This document shows positions 1 to 8,001 of a DNA stretch of 53,347 nt, piece after piece. The stretch's first letter is position 1; the number at the start of each line of letters is the position of its first letter. Origin of the DNA: Lentisphaeria bacterium (lineage in GTDB: Bacteria > Verrucomicrobiota > Lentisphaeria > JABSQK01 > JAWLHB01); the NCBI GenBank assembly GCA_041690595.1, contig JAWLHB010000054.1, positions 1-53,347 of the forward strand, given 5' to 3'. A model generated the notes under the pieces. The model did not search any database, was not told the origin of the DNA, and worked only from the letters and a program-made list of their open reading frames with translations. The position numbers were made by a program, and so were the translations under genes.

Positions 1-218
1 CAGACCGCCGCGGGCATTCGCGATGAACTTGAGGCTATCCGTCCAAATAAATAATCAAATACCATAAGGGGTTGCGTCCACCGCATCTCTCTCGCCCGAG
101 TGTCATTGGCACCTCACGTGCGCCACCATCACCCAGTGCATATGACGCAACCCAGTTGGGTTGACGCTCTCCTGCGCCGAAAGACTTCCGTGGCGCGATA
201 CCAAGCCGCAACCGCGGC

Positions 219-461
219 TCAGCCAACATCCTTGAGTTGGCGGAGAAGACGGGCGATGGCCATGGCCCCGTTCATGGCGTGGCTCTTGTAGCTATCGCAG
301 ATCACTTCCATGCCCGATGGCAGGTGAATCGCCTTTACCGCCAGCTCTTCCGGACGGCTCGCATCGCCCTCGGCGGCGCTGCGGCGCACCAGCACGTCCA
401 GCTCTCCCTTCGGCAGAAGCTGTTGAAGCTCCAGACTGATATCTTCGGCAAAGTCGCTCAT
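219..461 (-). CDS. Small protein resembling the peptidyl-tRNA-hydrolase (RF-1/domain 3) module of class I release factors, GGQ motif absent
   Basis: ELDVLVRRS..AVKAIHLPSGMEVICDSYKSHAMN..A..RL parallels RF [38 protein letters not shown]; SD-like GAGGT upstream; starts 10 nt after the hydE stop. Confidence 0.6.
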   Translation of the reverse strand: MSDFAEDISLELQQLLPKGELDVLVRRSAAEGDASRPEELAVKAIHLPSGMEVICDSYKSHAMNGAMAIARLLRQLKDVG

Positions 462-471
462 GGTGAAAACC

Positions 472-1545
472 TCATGTTACGTTGCGATCTGGCCAGTCCG
501 GACGCAGGCTGTGGCCGGGGCCGTCGGCAATCTTGCGGCCCACCGCGTGAACCCGACCACGGGTGCAGAGGGCGCATTGGTCGCCGTCCTCGTCAATGCA
601 TGGCTTGTTGGGGTAGAGTTGGTAGTCCGGACGAAAGTCGCGAGGGGTGATGTTGGGCATGAACACGTTGGCGCCGCGGGTAAGCAGCAGATTGCGGCCG
701 TCCTTGAAGATAGCATCAAAAGCAGTCGTGGCGGGAATGTGGGCATACGGATTGAGCAAACGCAGGATCGCAATAGCCTTGTAATAGACCTCCGTGTCCT
801 CGAGCAGCCTGGCATCGCCCAGCGGGGTATCGGGATTGGGAACAAACGGTCCGCAACCAATCATGTCCAGCTTCATCCGCGTGGCATGCAGGATGTCGTT
901 CGCCAGCGTTTCCATGCCGCTTCGTGGCAAACCGATGAGAAAGCCGCTCCCCAATTGGATTCCCGCGTCCCGGATCGCCTGGAGGCAGCTCATGCGGTAG
1001 TCGTAATCGTCATCTGGATGAAGGTACGCAAAAAGCTCACGATTCGCGGTTTCGAATCGCATCAGATAGCGGTCGCAGCCGCTCGCGCGAAAGCGCCGAT
1101 ACTCCTCCGCCGGGCGCTCCCCGATGGAGAGCGTGATCGCCAGCGGACCGTCACGCTTGATCTCTTCCAGAATGTGGCACATCGTCTCCACGTTGTAATG
1201 CAGATCCTCTCCCGATTGCAGCACCACAGTCGGATAGCCGTAGACGCGGGCGCGGAAGGCCATATCGATGATTTGCGACGGCGTCATGCGGTACCGGTGC
1301 ACCTGGCGGTTGCACGCGCGAATGCCGCAATAGTTGCAGTTCAGCCGGCAATAATTCGAGAACTCCACGATGCCCCGCAGGTGCACCTCGTCCCCGACAA
1401 AACGGCTCCGGACTCGATCCGCCGCCGAGTACAACGCCTTCAGCTCCTCTCCCTGCGCCTGGAGCATGTCGATTACCTGCGACGTCGACGGCAACTCCGG
1501 CGCCAGGGGTAGTTCTTCAAAGTCAAAGATGGATGGATGGCTCAT
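472..1545 (-). CDS. hydE: [FeFe]-hydrogenase H-cluster radical SAM maturase HydE
   Basis: RGIVEFSNYCRLNCNYCGIR (CxxxCxxC), VVLQSGED, GSGFLIGLP, HIPATTA, GANVFMPN, C-terminal YPNKPCx7Cx2C. Confidence 0.9.
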   Translation of the reverse strand: MSHPSIFDFEELPLAPELPSTSQVIDMLQAQGEELKALYSAADRVRSRFVGDEVHLRGIVEFSNYCRLNCNYCGIRACNRQVHRYRMTPSQIIDMAFRARVYGYPTVVLQSGEDLHYNVETMCHILEEIKRDGPLAITLSIGERPAEEYRRFRASGCDRYLMRFETANRELFAYLHPDDDYDYRMSCLQAIRDAGIQLGSGFLIGLPRSGMETLANDILHATRMKLDMIGCGPFVPNPDTPLGDARLLEDTEVYYKAIAILRLLNPYAHIPATTAFDAIFKDGRNLLLTRGANVFMPNITPRDFRPDYQLYPNKPCIDEDGDQCALCTRGRVHAVGRKIADGPGHSLRPDWPDRNVT

Positions 1546-1803
1546 TCAGTGCGTAAATTCCATTTCCTGAATCTCCACACCCCCCAACTGCCGCAGCTTC
1601 AGCGCCAATTCCCGGCAGGTGCTCTCGTCGCCGAACATCTCCAGAAGGATGACGCCGCTGGGTGAGCAGAACCGTTCATCCACATGATGCAGCCCCAATC
1701 GCGTCTTGATGTTGCACCCATACTGCGTGAGCAGCTGCTGCACATCCGGTGCCTGGTTGGTCCGATCGTTCAGATGAATGCCGATGATGTGATGATTTTC
1801 CAT
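1546..1803 (-). CDS. TM1266-family iron-only hydrogenase system regulator (ACT/NikR-C-like)
   Basis: IGIHLNDR..A..VQQLLTQYGCNIKTRLGLH..GVILLE signature; adjacent to hydE; ATG at 1803 preceded by GGGAGA. Confidence 0.8.
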   Translation of the reverse strand: MENHHIIGIHLNDRTNQAPDVQQLLTQYGCNIKTRLGLHHVDERFCSPSGVILLEMFGDESTCRELALKLRQLGGVEIQEMEFTH

Positions 1804-1937
1804 GCTCAGTCTCCCCATATCTTCGTAGTGTTGCCGCCTCGTGCCGCTCCCCAGTGCATACCATACGGCAGCCCCGCGACAGCGTCAAGGCTCCGCTTCC
1901 CCCTCCCGGGCACGCCACTCTCCCGAATGGCCCCGCA

Positions 1938-1968
1938 TTCGCGTCGCCCCTCACCAAAGCCCAACCCC
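1938..1968. repeat. Imperfect 31-bp direct repeat, copy 1 (partner 4501-4531)
   Basis: ttcgcgtcgcccctcaccaaagcccaacccc vs ttcgcctcgcccctcaccaacgcccaacccc, 29/31 identical. Confidence 0.85.
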
Positions 1969-2118
1969 GCCCCTTCATCCGTCGCCCACCCACCTTATCC
2001 TTCCCCTGTCTTCCCATTCTTCCCATCCTCCTCCGCCGGATCCGCATCAGCCTCAACGGGTTACGAGCTTTAGTCCAGGGTTGCCCGCCACATCAAGCCC
2101 ATTCGGGTTTTCATGCAT

Positions 2119-3120
2119 TCACGCCATCTCTCGAAGTCCAGCGCCGGCAGCGATCTTGCTTGCCATGGCCTTGAAGTCCCTGTAAGCATCACTGACGGCA
2201 TAGCTGTGGGCTCCCAGGGCACCGTCCGCGGCCCTCAGGAAGAACATCGGCTTTTGTGCCTCCTGCGCGAGCGACAACAAGCTTCGGTAATCCTTGAGTC
2301 TGGCGAGGCATTTCGGGTCAGTGTCGAGGGTGACTGCCGGGTCAGGCGCCTGATCGAGCACCGCCTCCGCGAAGGCTCCAGGAATCTCTGCGATCCAGCG
2401 CTCGATCGGTTTGACCGGTCGGTCAAGCCGAAGCGCATGAAGCAGCATCACATAACCAAGTGGGGCAATGCGGCCCGTCGGCAGGGGCAGATCCGCCACC
2501 GGATTTCTGGTCACGCGGTCCTGCCATTCGCCACACCAGCGCCGCAGCGTTGGGCCAAGGATCCGCAGGCTCTGAATGGAGAAAAGATCCGCCCCAAGCG
2601 CAAATACGACGTAATCCGCGGCGATCACAGCAGCCCGGTTGATGGCTCCCAGGTTTGGCCCCAGATCGACCATGATCACGTCGGCCTCGTGGCGTTCTCC
2701 AGCCTTCTGCATGACACGCCAGAAGGCCGAGGTGATCCGGAACGAGCGTTCCTCCCGATCCATGCATGATGACCAGGCCGTGGAAAGCGGCTCTTCAAAG
2801 GCGGACAGGGCCATGTCGCCAGGTATCAGGACGAGGTTATCGGCAATCGGCTCCAGGTGGGCCTCCACGATATCGCCGGTGCCGCGCTTGAGCGGCTGCA
2901 ACGCCCCGAAAATCGTGCGAGGATCTCCACTGTCGGTCAGGAGGCCTTCCAACTGGTCGTCGTCCAGGAACGCACCGGTCAGCTTCACCTGAGGATCCAG
3001 ATCGGTGGCCACCACCCGAAGTCCGCGATCGGCAAACATCCACGACAGGTGATAGACCATGGAGATGCTCGTGCCGACGCCACTTCTGTTGTTGAAGAAA
3101 GCAATGACGGGGATGCTCAT
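2119..3120 (-). CDS. ParA/Soj-family (SIMIBI) protein with degenerate Walker A
   Basis: IAFFNNRSGVGTSISMVYHL (usual FNNKGGVGKTSL), DLDPQ, IMVDLGPNLGAINRAA, ADLFSIQSL; ATGA overlap with upstream gene. Confidence 0.8.
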   Translation of the reverse strand: MSIPVIAFFNNRSGVGTSISMVYHLSWMFADRGLRVVATDLDPQVKLTGAFLDDDQLEGLLTDSGDPRTIFGALQPLKRGTGDIVEAHLEPIADNLVLIPGDMALSAFEEPLSTAWSSCMDREERSFRITSAFWRVMQKAGERHEADVIMVDLGPNLGAINRAAVIAADYVVFALGADLFSIQSLRILGPTLRRWCGEWQDRVTRNPVADLPLPTGRIAPLGYVMLLHALRLDRPVKPIERWIAEIPGAFAEAVLDQAPDPAVTLDTDPKCLARLKDYRSLLSLAQEAQKPMFFLRAADGALGAHSYAVSDAYRDFKAMASKIAAGAGLREMA

Positions 3121-4310
3121 GAGTGCCTCCTCATGATGACCGACACATGGGCATCTTCCACCAGAAACTCGGGGGGCGGATTACCGTTCTTCTCCATTTC
3201 GCGGCGCGCCAGCGCGATACCGAAACCGAACCGCTGCACATACCCCAGCTCCTTCATGACGGCGGCCAGGTTGGGGTTGCGGTAGTCACAGGCTCCCGGC
3301 TGTCCGAAATTCTGTTGGGTCACCTGGCCATATGGGCCACCGGGGTTCTGGACTTCGATACGGTTGTTGAACCAGTACACGCGCACCGGCGCATGGGTGT
3401 TTTTATAGGAGCGATGCAGGATGGCATTGCGTACGATCTGCTGTAGCGCGACCACTGGATAGTCGGCGCAACGCGTCTCCGTGGCGCCGGAGGTAAAGTC
3501 AACCGCTATCTGAATATGGGCCTTGATCGCCTCCTCGAGTTTCGTCAGCAAGTCCGGCAAGGGACCGCGCATCTCGCGGGCGTCTTTCACCGGATCGGCC
3601 AGCTCCGTTCCATCGATACGCAAAAACTGCACATAGGCGCCGGGAATCCAATCCGTCGGCGCTCTCCCGACCGCCATAATACCCAGCAACGTTGGATGCA
3701 GAGGCGTGCCAGGGTGCGCGAACTTGGTCGCCACAAGCTGATGCTCGAATGACCGCTGATTCTGCTCGATCACCTCCGGCGAGACTGCAGCGGGAAGATA
3801 CGTTCGCCGAAAGAGTAGCTCGTCCAGCGCATCGACGCCAGCCGAGGGAAAGGGACGAAGATCGGCAGGCAAATCCCGATAGCGCCGCTTCTCGCTCAGT
3901 CGCCGCTCGTCATCTTTGTTCGCGATGCCGCGACGAGGGCCGGACCGTATCCAGATGACCCCCTTGAACTTGACCGGAGGAGCATCCGAAGGTTCAACGA
4001 TGACAACCGCCATGTCGCTTCCGTTGAGATGCCGTTTCTGCACGTCCAGGGAGGGGAAAGGCAGGATGTTTCCGTCATCGCGCATGGAAGCAAGATTCTG
4101 AAGAAGCTGATCCGAGATGGCCAGCTCTGACCCGCTCCCATTGTCTCTGGCCCCGATGAAAAGAACCCCCGGCTGGTTGTGATTCGGTAGATCGTTGGCA
4201 AAGGCACAGATTGCCTGCCGCACCTTGTCCGTGTCGGAAAGAGACTGCTTCCGCTCGACTCGATCCGATTCCAGATCACCGAGAAGCTGGATTAACTGAG
4301 TGTCTGTCAT
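3117..4310 (-). CDS. Schlafen/AlbA_2 domain + HATPase_c_4 protein (usually annotated ATP-dependent DNA helicase RecG-like/transcriptional regulator)
   Basis: ESDRVERK, ICAFAN, GVLFIGARDNG; C-terminal YPVVALQQIVRNAILHRSY, IEVQNPGG, RNPNLA, GYVQRFGFGI. Confidence 0.85.
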   Translation of the reverse strand: MTDTQLIQLLGDLESDRVERKQSLSDTDKVRQAICAFANDLPNHNQPGVLFIGARDNGSGSELAISDQLLQNLASMRDDGNILPFPSLDVQKRHLNGSDMAVVIVEPSDAPPVKFKGVIWIRSGPRRGIANKDDERRLSEKRRYRDLPADLRPFPSAGVDALDELLFRRTYLPAAVSPEVIEQNQRSFEHQLVATKFAHPGTPLHPTLLGIMAVGRAPTDWIPGAYVQFLRIDGTELADPVKDAREMRGPLPDLLTKLEEAIKAHIQIAVDFTSGATETRCADYPVVALQQIVRNAILHRSYKNTHAPVRVYWFNNRIEVQNPGGPYGQVTQQNFGQPGACDYRNPNLAAVMKELGYVQRFGFGIALARREMEKNGNPPPEFLVEDAHVSVIMRRHS

Positions 4311-4500
4311 GGCGGGGTTCCTTTTGACCAGTAAAAGCAGGAGCCGATTTGGGCCGATCGGCTCCGCGCCCCTTCGCCAAAGCTGTCGGGGTGATTGAAT
4401 AGTCTTCAATGTAGTCGAATTGCGCACTGAGACAAGCCGGATGATGCACGCGTCCGTCCCCTCTCTCGGCCAGTTTCGTCCCCCCCGATGGTCCACAGCT

Positions 4501-4531
4501 TTCGCCTCGCCCCTCACCAACGCCCAACCCC
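4501..4531. repeat. Imperfect 31-bp direct repeat, copy 2 (partner 1938-1968)
   Basis: 29/31 identity to copy 1, same orientation. Confidence 0.85.
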
Positions 4532-4542
4532 TCCAGTCCCGC

Positions 4543-5886
4543 CTACTGTTCGTACCCGCGTCGGGCCATTCCATCGACAACCTGCTCGGCGGGTACCGCA
4601 CGCGGTGGGCAACCCTCATCGATGGCGATCCGAGCGGCGATTGCGGCAGCTTCGCCCATGGCAAAACAGTCGGCAATAATCCGGTAGCTCGCCAGGGCCC
4701 GATGGTCCCCGCCGATGCAACGACCCACGACGAGGAGGTTCTCAATTCCCTTCGGAAGCAAGGCCCCATAGGGAATGTGGTAGGGTTTGATCTTCTCGAT
4801 GTAGATGTCCGGCTCCTCCTCCCGGCACTTGTGGATATCGATGCTCTGGGAGACCAGGAAGAGCCCACCAGGTCGACGGCAACCATCCTGCATGTGCGCG
4901 TAGTTCACCGCTTCGTCGCAGAAAATACGACGGCTCTCGCGCACGCCAGGCAACCCGGCAATGGGGCCACATTCGATGTCGACGAACTCTTCGGTGTGCT
5001 CCTTAAGTGTGCTGAAAAAGTCGCGGCACTGGCGGCGCAACGCCACCATCGCATCCGACAGACTCTCGGCATCCAGCGGGTCGTAGCCGCACACATGGGG
5101 ACTGCCGTTCCAAATGCACTGACGGGTCCCCACCAGCGGCCGGACGCGAGCCCGGGCGTACGGAATGCGATAGCCATTTCCCGCTGCGGCCGCGGCCCGA
5201 TCTATCAGAGCGAGAAACTCGGCGTTATTCAACTCCGGTCCTGTATAGTTCGTCAGCAGATGGGAGAGGCTGATCGCTTGGCACGCCCCATCGGTCTCCC
5301 GCCCGACCGCGAACGAAGCGCCTGCCAACGCGGCCACATCTCCGTCGCCAGTGGCGTCAATCACCACTTTCGCACGAATGCCATGACGCCCCGACTTGCT
5401 CTCGACGATCACTCCGCCGAGTTGTCCGCTCTCGTCCCGCATCGGCGCCACTACGCGCGCCAGGTACAGGTGCCGCACCCCACTGTCGCTCACGAGTTCG
5501 TCCAGGTAGAGCACCGTCCGGAATGGATTCTGGTAAGGCCATTGGCAGATGCCGTGCTCGCGCAGGTGAACGATGAACTCACGGGCGAAGCCGCCCTTGT
5601 TCTCGAAATCGTTCAGCCAACTTGTGACATGCGTAAGCATTCCGCCCGGAATGGCCGTCTGCTCGACCATAACGACGGAAAGCCCTGATCGCGCCGCGCA
5701 CACTGCCGCGGCAGCCCCAGATGCACCACCTCCGGCAACGACGACGTCGACCTCATGCGAGACCGGGATCTCACGCGCAGGTTCCAGATAGCTCTTCACG
5801 TCGACTCTTTTCAGTGCTGCAAGCTCAGACGCGCCGGCAAGCATCGCCCAGACCTGCTGGTTGGCAATTTCACCCTTCATCCGCAT
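4543..5886 (-). CDS. FAD-dependent oxidoreductase (FAD_oxidored family)
   Basis: DVVVAGGGASGAAAA, VIDATGDGDVA, GVRESRRI, YHIPYGALLP, NLLVVGRCI, C.AMGEAA; start may be 5880. Confidence 0.85.
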   Translation of the reverse strand: MRMKGEIANQQVWAMLAGASELAALKRVDVKSYLEPAREIPVSHEVDVVVAGGGASGAAAAVCAARSGLSVVMVEQTAIPGGMLTHVTSWLNDFENKGGFAREFIVHLREHGICQWPYQNPFRTVLYLDELVSDSGVRHLYLARVVAPMRDESGQLGGVIVESKSGRHGIRAKVVIDATGDGDVAALAGASFAVGRETDGACQAISLSHLLTNYTGPELNNAEFLALIDRAAAAAGNGYRIPYARARVRPLVGTRQCIWNGSPHVCGYDPLDAESLSDAMVALRRQCRDFFSTLKEHTEEFVDIECGPIAGLPGVRESRRIFCDEAVNYAHMQDGCRRPGGLFLVSQSIDIHKCREEEPDIYIEKIKPYHIPYGALLPKGIENLLVVGRCIGGDHRALASYRIIADCFAMGEAAAIAARIAIDEGCPPRAVPAEQVVDGMARRGYEQ

Positions 5887-5964
5887 ATCAGATCAGTATA
5901 TCGTGATTGCCTGTGAACGCCAGCCCATTCAGGCATCCTGTCCGCAGGAGCCTGCGAATACTCC

Positions 5965-7965
5965 TCACCGCTCCTCAGCGTCCTCGGGCGGCAGGCGCTC
6001 TTCCAGCTCGGGGACGGGTGGGTGGCCGAGAGCCTGCGCCTGGCGATACGCATCGCGAGCCAGGTCGACGCGATCCATGTCGAGGAGAAGCCGGGCTGCC
6101 ATCGTCGGGATAGCGGCACTGCGGGGGGCAGCGCGGGTGGCCTCCTGTAGCGTCTGTATCGCTGCCTCTCTCTCCCCCTGCTGCTGCTGCACGCTTGCCA
6201 ACCCCAACCAGGCTGGGACCAGCGCGGGATCCAGCTCCAGAGCCCGCCGGTACGCCTCGCGGGCGGCAGCGAATTCCAGACGACGAGCCGCGATGTCGCC
6301 CAGATAAAGGTGTGCGGCCGCACGACCGGGCTGGGCAGCGACCACGGCGCGGAAATCCGCCTCTGCCTCCGCCAGGCGCGACATCTCCAGAAGGATCATC
6401 CCGCGATTGTAGAGGGCATCCGTCAAATCCGGCTGCAGCCCGATAGCCGCTTCACTGGCAGCCAGAGCCTCCGGCAGACGGCCCAGGCGAAAGAGGGCGA
6501 TGGCCAGATGGTGATGAAGTTGCGCATCGTCGGGACGGCTGGCGACCGCCATCCGATAGTGGCGCTCGGCCAGCCGCGGCTGGCTCTCCAGCAGGTTGAC
6601 TCCGAGGCTGTTGTGAGCCGGCGCATAGTCCGGATCCACGGCAATTGCGGCCCGATAGTACTCGTTGGCAATCCGCGGCCGCCCTGCATCGTCATGCGCA
6701 CTGCCCAGCGCGAAGAGGGCGAAGGGATTCTCCGGCTGGCGTTGCACGATCCGCTGCCAGAGGGTGAAGCTCTCCCGCCACATGCCGATTGCCGGCCAGC
6801 CGCGCACCAGGCAGAACAGCAGCAGAATGGCTATCACGACATGGCGCCCCCTGGCCATTCTTGCCAGTTGAAAGGCGACAGTCATGCCGATGCCGATCAT
6901 CGCCAGATACCCGTAGCGGTCCCCAAAGGCAAACTCCCGGTCGCTGAAGACGATGGTTGCCGCGGGAAGCAGGAAAAGGGCCGCGATGCAGAGCCCCACC
7001 AGTCGATCCCGACTTCGATGGTTCCAACTGTCCCAGGCCATCCAGCCTGCCAGCCCCAGCGGCAGCAGCCAGGCGAGCGCCGTCCACGGATGGGGTTCCC
7101 AGAGGTAAGACTTGTGGTAGTAGCCTTCGGCGGGGGCAATCAGCAGTACGCGCAGCAGCCACTCCCCCAGCCAGCGCGGGAGCGAAAAGAGCGCCAGAAT
7201 GAAATCGGGGCGTCCGTTGCCGCCTGCGCCGGCGCCGGCAACCGAAGCATTGATGACGTATGCCGCCAGGGCAAACCCCCAGAAGGGCAGCGTTCGCAGG
7301 AGCGTGTCGCGATCCAGTCGCCGCTGCCACCGCTCGACCAGGAGCATCACGGCTGGGAGCACCACAACGCTGGGCTTGGCCAGCAGTGCCAGCGGATAGA
7401 AAAGCAGCGCCAGGCCGTGGTACAGCGGCCGCTCGTCGTCATGCCACCGCTCCCATGCCAGCAGGGTGGCCAGCGAGAAGGTGGCCGCCAGTACATCCTT
7501 CCGCGCCATCAGCCAGACCACGCTCTCCGCCTGCAACGGATGCAACGCGAAAATCAGGGCCCCCACGACCGAGACCCAGCGCCGCTGCGTCCAGAGCGAG
7601 AGCAGATAGAAGCAGAGCGCGGCATTGAGCCCGTGCAGCAGGACGCTGGTCAGGTGCATGAGCCCCGGTTTCAAGCCGAATATGGCGATCTCCGCCATGT
7701 AGATCAGGTAGGTCACCGGAATATAAAGTGCCTCACCCGGCGTGCTTCCAGGCGTGAGCAGGGCGCGAATGTTTCCGCCGGTGATCCCGCGCAGCAGCGG
7801 ATTCCCCGCAATCAGCATGGCATCGTCCATGTTGACGAAGCCAAAACCGACGGCACGTATGTGCCAAAGCGCGGCAACCGCTGCCAGACTCGCCGCCAGC
7901 CACCAGGTGCCGGTACGCTCGCGCCTCCATTCCTTACTCACGGCATCCATCCTTTCATGCGTCAC
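5965..7965 (-). CDS. TMTC-like membrane glycosyltransferase (GT-C) with C-terminal TPR repeats
   Basis: GFVNMDD, HPLQAESVVW..ARKDVL, LLAKPS, DRYGYL in a multi-TM N-terminal half; multiple TPRs (A..NLG..L/A...Y..A...P) in the C-terminal half. Confidence 0.8.
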   Translation of the reverse strand: MTHERMDAVSKEWRRERTGTWWLAASLAAVAALWHIRAVGFGFVNMDDAMLIAGNPLLRGITGGNIRALLTPGSTPGEALYIPVTYLIYMAEIAIFGLKPGLMHLTSVLLHGLNAALCFYLLSLWTQRRWVSVVGALIFALHPLQAESVVWLMARKDVLAATFSLATLLAWERWHDDERPLYHGLALLFYPLALLAKPSVVVLPAVMLLVERWQRRLDRDTLLRTLPFWGFALAAYVINASVAGAGAGGNGRPDFILALFSLPRWLGEWLLRVLLIAPAEGYYHKSYLWEPHPWTALAWLLPLGLAGWMAWDSWNHRSRDRLVGLCIAALFLLPAATIVFSDREFAFGDRYGYLAMIGIGMTVAFQLARMARGRHVVIAILLLFCLVRGWPAIGMWRESFTLWQRIVQRQPENPFALFALGSAHDDAGRPRIANEYYRAAIAVDPDYAPAHNSLGVNLLESQPRLAERHYRMAVASRPDDAQLHHHLAIALFRLGRLPEALAASEAAIGLQPDLTDALYNRGMILLEMSRLAEAEADFRAVVAAQPGRAAAHLYLGDIAARRLEFAAAREAYRRALELDPALVPAWLGLASVQQQQGEREAAIQTLQEATRAAPRSAAIPTMAARLLLDMDRVDLARDAYRQAQALGHPPVPELEERLPPEDAEER

Positions 7966-8001
7966 CTTGGCAGCCTCTGGTCATTGCAGGCAGCATCGGC
8001 A

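Noticed and set aside
1..80. Possible 3' end of a plus-strand CDS (..AGIRDELEAIRPNK*, stop at 54) followed by an AT-rich stretch that could be an element boundary
   Set aside because: Only 17 codons are visible; product and mobile-element status cannot be supported
1985..2035. Pyrimidine-rich short repeats (cttccc..)
   Set aside because: Low-complexity degenerate ~9-mers with no spacers; not CRISPR
2119..3120. Chromosome or plasmid partition system
   Set aside because: No ParB/parS, a degenerate Walker A, and coupling to a Schlafen gene
4311..4886. N-terminal 190-aa extension of the 589-aa ORF
   Set aside because: It overlaps the FAD oxidoreductase in another frame and has no motifs; the Schlafen domain begins at ATG 4310
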